A stretch of 64,000 bases of DNA from Eledone cirrhosa (Eukaryota): positions 11,470,001 through 11,534,000 of the forward strand of contig OZ024758.1 of the NCBI GenBank assembly GCA_964016885.1. Reading direction: 5' to 3'. Below the pieces are notes generated by a model that saw only the letters and a list, made by a program, of their open reading frames with translations, was not told where the DNA came from and searched no databases. The position numbers were made by a program, and so were the translations under genes. Shown one piece after another: positions 1-13,062 of the stretch. Numbering within the stretch: position 1 is the first letter of the stretch; each line of letters begins with the position of its first letter.

Positions 1-77
1 GAGGTCGATTTAATCGACTTTCCCCTGCCCCAAATTACTGGCATTATGCCATACTAGAAGTCATTATTATCATTAAT

Positions 78-265
78 AATAATTGTTTCTACTTTTGGCA
101 CAAGGCCAGCAATTACCCCAGTGTATTACTGGTACTTTATTTTATCGACCCCCGTAAGGATGAAAGGCAAAGTTAACCTCGGCGGGATTTGAACTCAGAA
201 TGGCAAGGGCCGTAACTCTATGCGTCAAAGCATGGCATCCGACCCTCTACCGATACTGCCAATCA
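78..265 (-). mobile_element. tRNA-derived SINE (dominant family; central gcctttcatccttacggggtcgataaaataaagtaccag domain, probably Meta/MESC-type)
   Basis: A box tggcagtatcgg, B box gagttcaaatcc, (TTA)n tail; more than 20 full or partial copies in the window. Confidence 0.88.
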
Positions 266-788
266 AACCATCAATACTATTACCATCTTCAAAATTGTGA
301 AAGCAATATCGATTAAATTCGAGACGTTTATATAACATTACTAAACGTCGGCTTTATCTGATTCTACGTAAACAGTCATCGTTTCTCTAACTCCTCATTG
401 TAATGTTCCGTCCATTGGATGCTCTTGAGGCCAATATTAGAAACTATCATTACCATCATGTCAGTAATTCTATTTCTATAACGTGCATTCGCAACAAAAA
501 CCGGTAAATCCATGCGGACTTTAGCTACATGCAAATGTGTAGAGTACGTTCTAATGATGTATTCAGTAGATTATATACGGGAATTTTTACACATTCATCT
601 GCCTTTTTATTATCGTTTATACAGCATCTATTACTATGGTGATTAAATTCTGTTTGCCAATCCTCCATTCAAAATATTTCCATTTCCAAGTGTTTATATT
701 TGGATCATACGATTTATATTTAGAAAAGTTGTTTTATTAAACAAATATTTTAAAATCAACTGCACCCTTTATTTTCCTCACCAAACAC

Positions 789-837
<49 letters not shown>

Positions 838-878
838 AATTCTGGAAATATTACACAAATATGACCCTCCCCAAGTAT

Positions 879-932
<54 letters not shown>

Positions 933-971
933 GATTGTGTTTCTCTCTCAGCTCCCCTCTCTTTCACTTTC

Positions 972-1002
<31 letters not shown>

Positions 1003-1331
1003 CCCCCCCCCCCCCTCTCTCTCTGGAAGAAATCTGCAGTTTTCAGGCCTGGAAAGAAAATGGAGTCTAAAAGATTCTAAAAAAGATGTCCCAGAAACGC
1101 CGCACTTCAACACGGCGTCCCTACGGCTCCCCAAAGTTTTACGGGTCCATACATACATACACCCATACATCCATCCACCCATACATACTACACCCATCCA
1201 TCCATACACCCATCCATCCATCCATCCATCCATACATACATATCAATATGGCGTCCCTACGACTCCCCTTAGAAGTTAAGTGACCATTCATGTGCTATAT
1301 TTCATCTTCTCTCTTTTCTCTTACATTCCAG

Positions 1332-1442
1332 GTTGTTTATGTCACAGCCACTTTCCCCTATTTTGTTCTGGTCATATTTTTCTTTCGTGGTGTAACTCTC
1401 CATGGATTTGAGGAAGGAATCAAATACTTATTCATTCCAAAG
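1332..1442 (+). CDS. SLC6 Na+-dependent amino-acid transporter (B0AT/SIT1-like), internal exon (TM5 region)
   Basis: ttccag|GTT...CCAAAG|gtaaac; 111 nt, phase 0/0; VVYVTATFPYFVLVIFFFRGVTLHGFEEGIKYLFIPK is the classic SLC6 TM5 motif. Upstream exons are not in the window. Confidence 0.95.
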
Positions 1443-1574
1443 GTAAACATTTTAATCTTAATTTTGTTTTCACAGACGCATTCAAATTATATCGGTTTCC
1501 CTCTCTACACTGGGGCCGATTTAATCGACTTTCCCCTCCCCCAAAATTGCTGGCCTTGTACCAAAATCAGACAT

Positions 1575-1800
1575 TGATCTCACGGCAGTTGCAAATCCTT
1601 TTTGACTCCCACTTTAAATCCTGGTGTCGGTTAATTTTCTCCCTCTCCTTTTCTTGCACTCTCGTGTCAAACGGGTAGACTACATCTACAATCAGGCACG
1701 ATCTTTTTTCCTTGTCAAAAACCACCAGGTCAGGCCTGTTGTGTTCTAATTTCTTATCCGTCTGTATCGCCAAATCCCATATTATTATTGGAGACTGGAA
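1575..1800 (-). mobile_element. Non-LTR retrotransposon fragment with restriction-like endonuclease (R4/Dong-like)
   Basis: WDLAIQTDKKLEHNRPDLVVFDKEKRSCLIVDVVYPFD...EKINRHQDL matches the RPD...D...EK RLE motif. Confidence 0.85.
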
Positions 1801-1994
1801 TGTCTTCAGGCGCACACAGCCCTCGACCAATCGGGCAATGTGATCGGTGGAAACTCCACCTTGGCGTTCTATAGAGGATTACATCCTCTGTTTTTGTTTT
1901 TTACACGCAGAAATACCCATTTGTACCGTACTGTATTGTCCTGCACTGTCCTTAATGTCTACTTTATGTAAACCCTTGTGGTTAATAAAGAAAA

Positions 1995-2042
<48 letters not shown>

Positions 2043-2044
2043 AG

Positions 2045-2246
2045 TGGGACAAGTTATTCGAACCCGCCGTTTGGTTGGATGCAGCAACTCAAATATTTTA
2101 TTCATTTGGCTTAGCATTCGGATGTTTGGTAGCTTTGGCCTCATATAATCCTGTTCGCAGTAACTTCCTAAGTGAGGCTCTTATGGTCAGCGTTGGTGAC
2201 TTCTTTACATCTATACTGACAGCTACAGTGGTTTTCTCAGTTCTCG
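2045..2246 (+). CDS. SLC6 transporter exon (TM6-TM7)
   Basis: ttacag|TGG...CTCG|gtaagt; 202 nt, phase 0/1; WDKLFEPAVWLDAATQIFYSFGLAFGCLVALASYN...GDFFTSILTATVVFSVLG. Confidence 0.95.
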
Positions 2247-2274
2247 GTAAGTTCTTTGTACTCATCACATTTAC

Positions 2275-2912
2275 CACCATCGTCTTCACTAACATCACCA
2301 TTACTACTACATCCATCATCACCACCACATCCATCATCACCACCATCATCACCACTACCACTACATCCATCATAAGCACCATCATCACCACTACCACTAC
2401 ATCCATCATCACCACCACATCCATCATCACCACCACCATCACCACTACCACTACATCCATCATCACCACTACCACTACATCCATCATCACCACCACCATC
2501 ACCACTACCACTACATCCATCATCACCACCACATCCATCATCACCACCATCATCACCACTACCACTACATCCATCATCACCACCACATCCATCATCACTA
2601 CCACTACATCCATCATCACCACCACATCCATCATCACCACCACCATCACCACTACCACTACATCCATCATCACCACCACATCCATCATCACCACCATCAT
2701 CACCACTACCACTACATCCATCATCACCACCACATCCATCATCACCATTACCACTACATCCATCATCACCACCACATCCATCATCACCACCACCATCACC
2801 ACTACCACTACATCCATCATCACCACCACATCCATCATCACCACCAACATTCTTCTCGCAACTAACACCAGTTTTATTATCACAGACATCACCATCACCA
2901 TCACCATCACCA
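2275..2912. repeat. Degenerate (CAT/CAC/ACT)n minisatellite in SLC6 intron
   Basis: acatccatcatcaccacc-type units; explains the spurious T/I-, V/M- and G/D-rich ORFs. Confidence 0.9.
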
Positions 2913-3813
2913 GTATCTGCCAATGTCTATTTTAGATGTCTATCGATAAATCGATAAGCTACTAGACCTCACTCGCTTACTGAGCTGGATGGAACTCATC
3001 AAATCGGACCAAGGAAACAATGTTTCCATTGGTATCTCCAATAGCTGATACTATCTACCAGTTGCAACTCTTAGCAGAAAGAGCAACGGGAAATAAAGTG
3101 TCTTGCCCAAGGACATAACACATCACCCGGTCCGGGAATCCAATTCAAAACCTCACGATTGCAAATCCACTCTGCTAACCACTCAGCCACATTCTTTCAC
3201 TTAGATGTTCTATGTGTCTGTGGAGTGCTCGGCCACTTAAATGTTAATCTACAAACAGTCTGTTCTGTTCATCAAACAACTAACTAGAACACATATCATT
3301 TAGCATTTAAACCGGCTATATCCGGCCAGAATTCTCTCACCTCTTTCTGTTCAAACTGGCCGTAACCAGTCACTCATACTGATGTTAAGGTATTGTTCTC
3401 AAAATACCGCTAACCACTCAGCCACATTCTTTCACTAAGATGTTCTAGATGTAGAGACTCCAAACCAAAAACTCTGTTGGAAAGGAATAACATATGATTA
3501 AATGGAAATTCAATTGAAGAATTTTAAAATGTAATCAATGTTTATTTACAGCAGTTGAAGAAGAATAGAAGAAATTAGTGCCAGAATCATGAAATGTTTG
3601 CTAATTAGATACGACTGCGAGATGCATTAGAGAGGCGTTTTACGTTATTTAGACTTTATTTAGAAAGGAAAAAATATATGTAAAAACAAGTTCTTGGCTG
3701 TATTTAGAAAGAGCACACACACACCCACACACATATTTATGTGTGTATGTATATATATATATATATATATATATAAATATGTATGTAAATATATATATAT
3801 ATATGTATGTATG

Positions 3814-3884
<71 letters not shown>

Positions 3885-3898
3885 ATATATATACACAG

Positions 3899-3985
<87 letters not shown>

Positions 3986-4388
3986 GAAAAGAACTGAAAA
4001 TGCAACTGGAGTCTTTTAAGAATATTTATTTACCGGTTTCACAAAAAAGTAATATTGAGATCGAGAGTTTGTGATTCTCTTGTGGTTTGTTTTTTTCTTA
4101 TAAACATACAAACATACATACATACATACATACATGCATATATATATGGAGTTGCGACCGATAGATAGTATTAGCAATTGGAAAGACCAACAGAAACATT
4201 GTTCCCTCGGTCCGATTTGACGAAAGTCGATCGTTCCTTATATATATATAATTATTATTTCCGATTTTATTGTTATATAATTGCTTGAAAATAAACAACT
4301 TTTCTTTCTAATTTATTTACATTCGTTAAAGCTTAGTTGTTTTATTTAATAGAAGAAAATAAACGTCTTTATATTAAATATTTTTCAG

Positions 4389-4507
4389 GCTTCAAAGCAA
4401 CAATGGAGTACGAGAAATGCCTTGAAAAGTATGGCGCAACAAATCATACCAAGTCTCCTAACATTACAGCAAATAAGGAATGTGATTTTGAAAAATTAAT
4501 GATTGAG
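4389..4507 (+). CDS. SLC6 transporter exon (extended extracellular loop 4)
   Basis: tttcag|GC...GAG|gtatca; 119 nt, phase 1/0; (G)FKATMEYEKCLEKY...ECDFEKLMIE. The long two-Cys EL4 is typical of SLC6A15-20. Confidence 0.92.
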
Positions 4508-4802
4508 GTATCATGTTTTCTTTATTGTTTTGTAATAATCAGATAATTATGATTATCAGAGTATGGTTAGAATTTCTCAGTCAAGAATCGCTGGATAGAA
4601 TTATAGCTTGGAGATCAGAGACCACCGGGCCCTAGACCTAGATCCCATCACCCACCCCTTCTCCCTTCCATTCTTCTGTGACTCTAGAGCTCCGTTTTCC
4701 CTTCCTTTTCCGGTTTTAATTATTAGTAAAATCGTAGCAAGGAACTTAGACAATATTTTTTTAGTATATGTGAAGTGCCGAACATACAACTCTACTGCCA
4801 AT

Positions 4803-4902
<100 letters not shown>

Positions 4903-4906
4903 ATTA

Positions 4907-5100
4907 ATAATTGTTTCTAATTTTGGCAAAAGGCCAGCAATTATTCAAGTACATTACTGGTACTTTATTTATCGACCCCGTAAGGATGAAAGGCAAAATG
5001 AATCTCGGCGGAATTAGAACTCAGACCATAAAGGGGCGTAACTCTATGCTGCAAAGCATGGCGTCTGACCTTCTACGTATACTGCCAATACCCCCCCCGC
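4907..5100 (-). mobile_element. tRNA-derived SINE, dominant family
   Basis: same consensus as 78-265; ends about 50 nt upstream of the SLC6 exon at 5148. Confidence 0.85.
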
Positions 5101-5147
5101 ACTTTATCTAATTAAACTAATTAATTATTATTTTATTTATATTTCAG

Positions 5148-5349
5148 TCAGCTTCCGGAACCGGACTTGCATTCATTGCTTTCACGGAAGCAATTGATCA
5201 GTTTCCTGTCGCTCCCTTGTGGGCTGTTCTCTTCTTTCTGATGTTGCTTACTCTGGGATTAGACACAATGTTTGGTACACTTGAAGGTGCCATCACTTCT
5301 ATAAATGATATGTTACTATTCCCGGCAATCAGAAAAGAAGTCGTTTGTG
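5148..5349 (+). CDS. SLC6 transporter exon (TM8)
   Basis: tttcag|TCA...TGTG|gtaagt; 202 nt, phase 0/1; SASGTGLAFIAFTEAIDQFPVAPLWAVLFFLMLLTLGLDTMFGTLEG. Confidence 0.96.
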
Positions 5350-6333
5350 GTAAGTCACGATATTCTTGCTATATTATTTATTTGCTATATTGCTGTTTGT
5401 TCTATCTGAATGACTTGTCTTGACCCTTTAGCATTTAAACCGGCCGCAACTGGCCACGCATACTGATGTTAAGGTATTGTTCTCAAAATAAATAATATCA
5501 AAATCTCATAGATTCGATATTATGTGAGATAAAGACTTCACTGTGAAAATACAATAGTATATATAGAGTAATGTAAATGTTATGTGAGATATTATGTGAG
5601 GTAATGCCTTTACCATGAAAATATAATAGTATATATAGAGTAATGTAAATGTTATGTGAGATATTATGTGAGGTAAAGCCTTTACCAGGAAAATATAATA
5701 ATATATATAAAGTAATGTAAATGTTATGTGAGATATTATGTGAGGTTAAGCCTTTACTATGAAAATACAATAGTATATATAGAGTAATGTAAATGTTATG
5801 TGAGATATTATGTGAGGTAAAGCATTTACTATGAAAATACAATAGTATATATAGAGTAATGTAAATGTTATGTGAGATATTATGTGAGGTAAAGCTTTAC
5901 TGAAAATACAATAGTATATATAGAGTAATGTAAATGATATCTGAGATATTATGTGAGGTAAAGCCTTTACTATGAAAATGCAATAGTATATATAGAGTAA
6001 TGTAAATGTTGTGTGAGATATTATGATAATAATACATCGTACGCATATTTCGTTATCGATCTATGTAAGGTTTCATTTTTTTAATTTCATTGTTTTAACT
6101 TATATCATGACTCTGTTTTCCTTTTGCTGTTTTATTGTTTTCCGGAAATTATTTTAACCTTCAACATTTTCAACATATGGATTACATTGAGTTCTTTATG
6201 CAGACTAGACCCCACAACTAACCGTGGATATTTCTGTGTATATATATATATATATTTGTATATATATATATATATATATGTGTGTGTGAGTTTGTGTAGA
6301 TAAATATATAGGTTATCTTCTTTCTATTTTCAG

Positions 6334-6493
6334 GTGTTGTATGTTTTGTATCAATGACAATATCCTTCGGTTTTGCCACCTCAACTGGTCCTTATGTTTT
6401 TGACCTGTTCGACATGTACTGCGCAAATATCCCTCTTCTAGTGATTGCCTTCATTGAAGTTATTGCAATTTCATATATATACGGACTCAAACA
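6334..6493 (+). CDS. SLC6 transporter exon (TM9-TM10)
   Basis: tttcag|GT...AAACA|gtaagc; 160 nt, phase 1/2; VVCFVSMTISFGFATSTGPYVFDLFDMYCANIPLLVIAFIEVIAISYIYGLK; absent from the ORF track. Confidence 0.95.
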
Positions 6494-6542
6494 GTAAGCC
6501 TCATTTTACACACATGGATTTCTTGGTACAGTATTATCTGCA

Positions 6543-6577
<35 letters not shown>

Positions 6578-6611
6578 TTACAATAATCAAAGTTCAGTTT
6601 AAATCATTTAT

Positions 6612-6660
6612 TTGCTTACAATTGTTTCCTCCAAACCGAGGTTTGGATTCTTCGGAGCAA
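6612..6660 (-). ncRNA. Type I hammerhead-like motif, family B (core variant CCGAAGA)
   Basis: ttgct-CCGAAGA-a tccaaacc tc ggtttgga g-GAAA-caattg-TA-agcaa; U4C change in core. Confidence 0.6.
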
Positions 6661-6824
6661 CTATTAAGTGATCTATTACATACTTGACCTCCTTTTCAAC
6701 ACAAGAGACATATAAAAACATATGCACGTATTGACCCACAGTGGGATGGCATTCCATTTTGATGGATGTCATCCCACTGTGGGTGTTGAAAAGGAGGTCA
6801 AGTATGTAATAGATCACTTAATAG

Positions 6825-6875
6825 TTGCTCCGAAGAATCCAAGCCTCGGGGTTTGGAGGAAACAATTATAAGCAA
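6825..6875 (+). ncRNA. Type I hammerhead-like motif, family B (inverted partner of 6612-6660)
   Basis: ttgct-CCGAAGA-stem II tccaagcc/ggtttgga-GAAA-caatta-TA-agcaa. Confidence 0.55.
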
Positions 6876-7264
6876 ATAAATGATTTAAACTGAACTTTGA
6901 TTATTGTAATCTCTATATAACTGCTCTGTAAAACAACAGATGTTACTACATTGAGCTATTTATCTTACTGGTAATAAGATAGTAATTAATGACTATCTTT
7001 CACTATTTAGGGTTTGTATAAAAAATATATAACCATAAAAGGCTTTATTACATACATAACCATAAATAGTATCCTTAATACTATGTATGTATATATATGT
7101 ATATATATATATGAATAAATTTAGTCCTTCATCAGTGATCTTCCAACCTTCATTGGTATTTCAGCGATGAAATACCAATGAAGGTTGGAATATCACTGAT
7201 GAAGGACTAAATTTATTCATATGTAACCCATTTGCAACCACGCAGCACGCCATGTTCTCATATT

Positions 7265-7306
<42 letters not shown>

Positions 7307-7364
7307 TATATATATATATATACAATATATTAATATATGGAAACTATATTTATAAAACCATAAT

Positions 7365-7430
7365 TATTTTATTATATATATTTCAAGGGCAACCAAGGCA
7401 AATTATGGTGCGCTTTCATCAGATAAAATA
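7365..7430 (-). ncRNA. Minimal type I hammerhead ribozyme, family A
   Basis: tattttat-CTGATGA-aagcgcacca..tggttgccctt-GAAA-tatata-TA-ataaaata. Confidence 0.8.
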
Positions 7431-7527
7431 CATTATTATTTATTTACTCCACTAACTTGTTGAGTGCTTTATATCAGTTATAAAAAAATTTAAGCTTGTT
7501 GAATCCCAACAAATTGAATATAACTTC

Positions 7528-7606
<79 letters not shown>

Positions 7607-7872
7607 GTATATATATATATGTGTGTGTGTTAAGTATTTCCGTGGAAAAGGTAAAGGAAAGAAGAGTGCTCTATGTATAGTACAGAGCTATTTAATTATG
7701 TAATAAACAGCACACTTTAATTATACAATATAATGGAATAATTATATTATGCTGTGTATTACATAATTAATAAATATACATATATATATACATATATATA
7801 CATATATATATATGTATATATATAAGAGTGTGTACTTGTGTATAAATGTGTATATATATATAATATATATAT

Positions 7873-7915
<43 letters not shown>

Positions 7916-7951
7916 AAGAGAGAGAGAGTATGTGTGAGTGTTTTCCATTAT

Positions 7952-8138
7952 TGGATTGGCAGTATTGGGAGAGGGTCGGACGCCATGCTTTGACGTATAG
8001 AGTTACGGCCCTTGCCATTCTGAGTTCAAATCCCGCCGAGGTTAACTTTGCCTTTCATCCTTACGGGGTCGATAAAATAAAGTACCAGTAATGCACTGGG
8101 TAATTTCTGGCCTTGTGCCTAACGTAGAAACAATTATT
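7952..8138 (+). mobile_element. tRNA-derived SINE, dominant family
   Basis: A/B boxes, central domain, tail. Confidence 0.87.
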
Positions 8139-8228
8139 TGAAACTAAATGAGAAGTATGACTTGCAGAATTTGGATAACGAATTGAATGAATCATTAAAC
8201 ACTGGTATTTCTTTTTCTTCTTCTTCAG

Positions 8229-8391
8229 ATTTAGTGATGATGTAGAAATGATGGTTGGAATACGTCCTAGTTACTTTTGGATGTTTGTGTGGCGTTATCT
8301 AGCCCCTCTAGTAATGATAGTCATTTTTGTTGCTAGTTTGTTCGAAATTTTAGAGAATGGCTCAGAATATATGGCGTGGGATGCAACAAAG
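8229..8391 (+). CDS. SLC6 transporter exon (TM11)
   Basis: cttcag|A...AAG|gtgaga; 163 nt, phase 2/0; FSDDVEMMVGIRPSYFWMFVWRYLAPLVMIVIFVASL...YMAWDATK. Confidence 0.95.
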
Positions 8392-8537
8392 GTGAGATAA
8401 CATTTATGAGTCTGGAGTCATATACATGCTCTACGTTCTTATATATTTGATATATATTTATCCTTATTAAGCTCTCTTTGGATTTTAGTCTTCACATTTA
8501 TTATTATTACTATATATCTATATATGTATGTATATAT

Positions 8538-8627
<90 letters not shown>

Positions 8628-8708
8628 GGTAAACAGAGTTAACAACACAATCGTTACAGTATATGGAATTAATATAGTAGGTTAACGCTTGAAATAGAAG
8701 GAAGAGGG

Positions 8709-8744
8709 TCTTAACGTTTCGGACGTTAGTCTTTCATCAGAAGA
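8709..8744 (-). ncRNA. Minimal type I hammerhead, family C (stem II mismatch)
   Basis: tctt-CTGATGA-aagactaacgtcc-GAAA-cg-TT-aaga. Confidence 0.6.
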
Positions 8745-9810
8745 AAGAATGGGAAATAAGATAGATTGAATGGGGTGGGGGTGGAATTAGTAAAAATGTC
8801 TTTGATAAAAATAACGGGTCCATTCATATTGACATATCTTGTACGTTAGCCGAGAATTCTCGGACTATCAAGCGCTGACAATATATATGTAAGTATAAAG
8901 GATGTTATGTTGAAGCGCATAGATGTTATGAAATAACTTATGAAATAAATTGAAGACCTTTAAAAGACGGAAGTTGCTATCAGTCGTTATGAAGAATTGA
9001 ACCCCATATCTCCCAGAAACCGGCTAGATGCTTTAGCCATTAAGACAACTTTTCCACCGTCTTTCAATCTAGATAACTGGACAACAGCTTTCAGATATCA
9101 GTAGGCAGACTGACAGATTTGCTAGTGTGATGCTGAGGGGGATCGAACACAGAACTACGTCATTGCAAAACTACTCCTCTAGCCGATATTCACAAAGAAG
9201 AAATATATTTATAATCATGCATATTCATATACTACATATGATTACTTCTGCCAGGAGTTGCTGCCGTGAGATATTATCAGTAAGATGACGACCAAGGAAA
9301 ACATTGCTTCTTTGGTCAGATTTGAAGGGTTCCATCCCATTCGATAAGCGAATGAGGTCTGAAATCGATAGTTGATAATTCCCAATCTAGTATTACAGTA
9401 TATTGAAGTATTGAACAACGTCTAAATCCCGTACTCTGACGTCTAACGTCTGTCTCAAGTCGCGAGACACGTCTTGTCGGTACTTATCATGGATAGGATG
9501 CTAGTCTATCGCATGGTTAACCCCCCCCCCCACAGCTAATGCTGGTACTCCTTTTCAGTTGAGTATACTGGAACAATGTTAAATGAAGTGTTTTGCTCAA
9601 GAACACAATACACAACTCAGTCCAGAAATCGAAACCTCGACATTATTATCATAAGTCCAACACCCTTACCACTAGGTCACGCACCTCCATTGAGTATATG
9701 GGAATAATGTGAACTGAAGTGGTTTGCTCAAGAACACATTACACAACTCAGCCCAGGAATTGAATCCCCGGCATTATGATCATAAGTCCAATAACTTACA
9801 TTATGATCAT

Positions 9811-10114
9811 GGCGGTGGATTGGCAGTATCGGTAGAGGGTCGGACGCCATGCTTTCCAGCATAGTTACATCCCTTTACGATCTGAGTTCAAATCCCGCCG
9901 AGGTTGACTTTACCTTTCATCCTTACGGGGTCGAGTCAGTATCGGTAGAGGGTCGGACGCCATGCTTTCCAGCATAGTTACATCCCTTTACGATCTGAGT
10001 TCAAATCCCGCCGAGGTTGACTTTACCTTTCATCCTTACGGGGTCGATAAAATAAAGTACCAGTAATGCACTAGGTAATTGCTGGCCTTGTGCCTGAAGT
10101 AGAAACAATTATTA
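9811..10114 (+). mobile_element. tRNA-derived SINE with internal duplication of about 110 bp of its 5' half
   Basis: cagtatcggtagagggtcgg...ggggtcga occurs twice in tandem. Confidence 0.85.
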
Positions 10115-10320
10115 TCATAAGTCCAACAACTTATGATCACAAGTCCAATAACTTACATATTTATCAGAACCAGAACCAGTAGGACACGCACCACCACAAA
10201 TCTGGTCCTGATTCTGATAAATATGTAAGTTATTTCATTGAAGCTTATTTCCAAACCTATATTTTAATATATCCTTTGTCTTTTTCTTTTATTTCTTCTC
10301 TCTTCAATTCTCATTGTTAG

Positions 10321-10554
10321 GGTCACAATGTAAAACTACCACGACCCTGGTGGGTACAATGTATAGCAGCACTTCTGATCCTATCATCAGTTGCATGGAT
10401 CCCATTTGTAGCCATTACACGTTATTTCAACTTAGTAAAATGGGAACCTGAGACGCCAGCTTTCTTTCCAGCCGAAGAACTACGAGAAGAACGAAATATC
10501 AAACCTCACCAATCTACATTTATTGAAAGATATTTCTTTGGATTTAAAGACTGA
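10321..10554 (+). CDS. SLC6 transporter terminal coding exon (TM12, C-terminal tail, stop)
   Basis: pyrimidine tract + tgttag|GGT; GHNVKLPRPWWVQCIAALLILSSVAWIPFVAI...FFGFKD* (TGA 10552-10554). Confidence 0.93.
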   Translation, partial: GHNVKLPRPWWVQCIAALLILSSVAWIPFVAITRYFNLVKWEPETPAFFPAEELREERNIKPHQSTFIERYFFGFKD

Positions 10555-10647
10555 ATAGTGATGTGATCCGCATTCAAAGAAACACGTGTACGATGGACAG
10601 ACTATGAGTACACACATGTATGTATGTAAATATATACACGGATATCA

Positions 10648-10698
<51 letters not shown>

Positions 10699-10717
10699 AC
10701 ATTTGTATGTGTGTGTG

Positions 10718-10749
<32 letters not shown>

Positions 10750-10750
10750 A

Positions 10751-10815
<65 letters not shown>

Positions 10816-11038
10816 CATGTATATATCTATGTACATGTATATATGTAAATATATATATATACACACATTTGTATGATATATCTACGTTTATCTCTACTAA
10901 GGTAAAACGAATTTTAAATCATCTGTTATCATATATAAATGTCTCGACAAGAAATATTTAAAAATACTTAATTTGGCCACAAAAATAACTGTAGCTACCT
11001 GCGTCATTTTAACGAGCATGTATATATAAAAAAAATTG

Positions 11039-11078
<40 letters not shown>

Positions 11079-11092
11079 TACGAAAAGGTTAT

Positions 11093-11139
<47 letters not shown>

Positions 11140-11161
11140 AATATACGAAAAGGTTATACAT

Positions 11162-11214
<53 letters not shown>

Positions 11215-11887
11215 GTATACACACACACACATATATATACATATGTGTGTGAATGCGTATGTGTCTAAATATACACACACATACAAACATACACACACAC
11301 GTTTTAATTGATATCAGAAAATCTTACAAATTCATTATTTATTTCTAGTCCTACTTTCGTAAGCTTCTCAATATTGGATCAAAGTGTTAAAGATCGATTA
11401 TATAAAGTGATTGAATTATTTATGTCTATTAAAAATATATTTATTTATAAAAAAATCCCTTCCTTAAAACTTATTCGTGTAATATTTCACTTGGTAGGGT
11501 TATTTTCGTAGTTAGGAAGATTAGAGTTATTCCCCCTAGAACGGCTATCATACACCGTGTAAAGAAATATTTAAGAAACTTCTATGATTTTTAAATATGC
11601 CTGGAGTTGTGGATTAGCAAAATCGGTAGAGCCTCGGACAACATGGTTAGCGGCATAGTGTTACAGCCCTTTACGTTCTGAGTTCAAATCCAGCCGAGTT
11701 TAGCTGGGGTTATGGGGTCGATAAAAGAAAGAACCGGTAATGCAGTGGAGGATCAATTTAATCGACTTTCACTCTTCCTCACAAAATTATTGACCTTGTG
11801 TCTAAATCAGAAACCATTATTTTTAAATATCCATTGATTGATTGTTACAAATGTATTAGTAATAATAATAATATTAACTACAGTTGT

Positions 11888-12081
11888 AATAATTGTTTCT
11901 ACTTTTGGCACAAGGCCAGCAATTATTCCAGTGCATTACTGGTACTTTATTTTATCGACCCCGTAAGGATGAAAGGCAAAGTTTACCTCGGCGGGATTTG
12001 AACTCAGGCCATAAAGGGCCGTAACTCTTTGCTGAAAAGCATGGCGTCTGACCCTCTACCGATACTGCCAATACACCGCCC
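11888..12081 (-). mobile_element. tRNA-derived SINE with target-site duplication
   Basis: flanked by taactacagttgtaataat on both sides; a diverged + copy lies at 11605-11820. Confidence 0.87.
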
Positions 12082-12089
12082 TAACTACA

Positions 12090-12470
12090 GTTGTAATAAT
12101 GGTTATGGTAAAGATTGGTTATGGTAAATCAACGCCAATCCACTGCCAATTGTAATAATGGTTATGGTAAAGATTGGTTATGGTAAATCAACGCCAATCC
12201 ACTGCCAATTGTAATAATGGTTATGGTAAAGATTGGTTATGGTAAATCAACGCCAATCCACTGCCAATTGTAATAATGGTTATGGTAAAGATTGGTTATG
12301 GTAAATCAACGCCAATCCACTGCCAATTGTAATAATGGTTATGGTAAAGATTGGTTATGGTAAATCAACGCCAATCCACTGCCAATTGTAATAATGGTTA
12401 TGGTAAAGATTGGTTATGGTAAATCAACGCCAATCCACTGCCAGTTGTAATAATGGTTATGGTAAATCAA
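12090..12470. repeat. 59-bp tandem repeat, about 6.5 copies
   Basis: ttgtaataatggttatggtaaagattggttatggtaaatcaacgccaatccactgccaa. Confidence 0.9.
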
Positions 12471-12969
12471 GGTTTCCTACAACTGCTGTACAAACTCTTA
12501 CACTTGGTAATGCAAATACTTATAGAAAAGCCGATATACATACAGCTGAATAAATCTGTATATATATATATGTAATATGTAGACATATATAAACATATAT
12601 ATATATATATCCATGTATATACATGTGTGTGTGTGTATTATAAATATAGGGATAGATGATTTGATAGATACTTATATGTGTACATTTGTTCATTTGTATA
12701 TAGATAGTTACACACACACACACTCATATATATGTGTGTCTGTGTGTGTATATATATATATATATATTTATATATATCGAGTAAGTATGTTTTGAAACAG
12801 TGAGCAGGTTTGAAATTAGAAAATAGAATAGCTTTCACCGTATTTTTGACTAAAGGAATTTTAGCCTGATAATGGGGTTTAGAACCCTCAGATCAATACT
12901 CATCTTTTTCCATTTATCTGAGGGTTCTAAACCTCATTATCAGGCTAAAATTCCTTTAGTAAAAAATAC

Positions 12970-13062
<93 letters not shown>

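Larger units (their letters stand above)
6575..7082 (+). mobile_element. Penelope-like terminal-repeat remnant, family B, with inverted partial copy
   Basis: arms 6575-6702/6783-6912, flanked by (TA)n, carries hammerhead motifs; homologous to 58085-58495. Confidence 0.65.

Noticed and set aside
1847-2935. 362-aa ORF with a mucin-like Thr/Ile tail, plus antisense V/M- and G/D-rich ORFs
   Set aside because: Only 2045-2246 is exon; a strong gtaagt donor and a phase-matched next exon exclude the repeat. Intron retention cannot be judged from DNA alone.
9811-9900. tRNA genes suggested by A/B boxes
   Set aside because: The boxes belong to SINE heads followed by SINE body and tail; no cloverleaf is evident.
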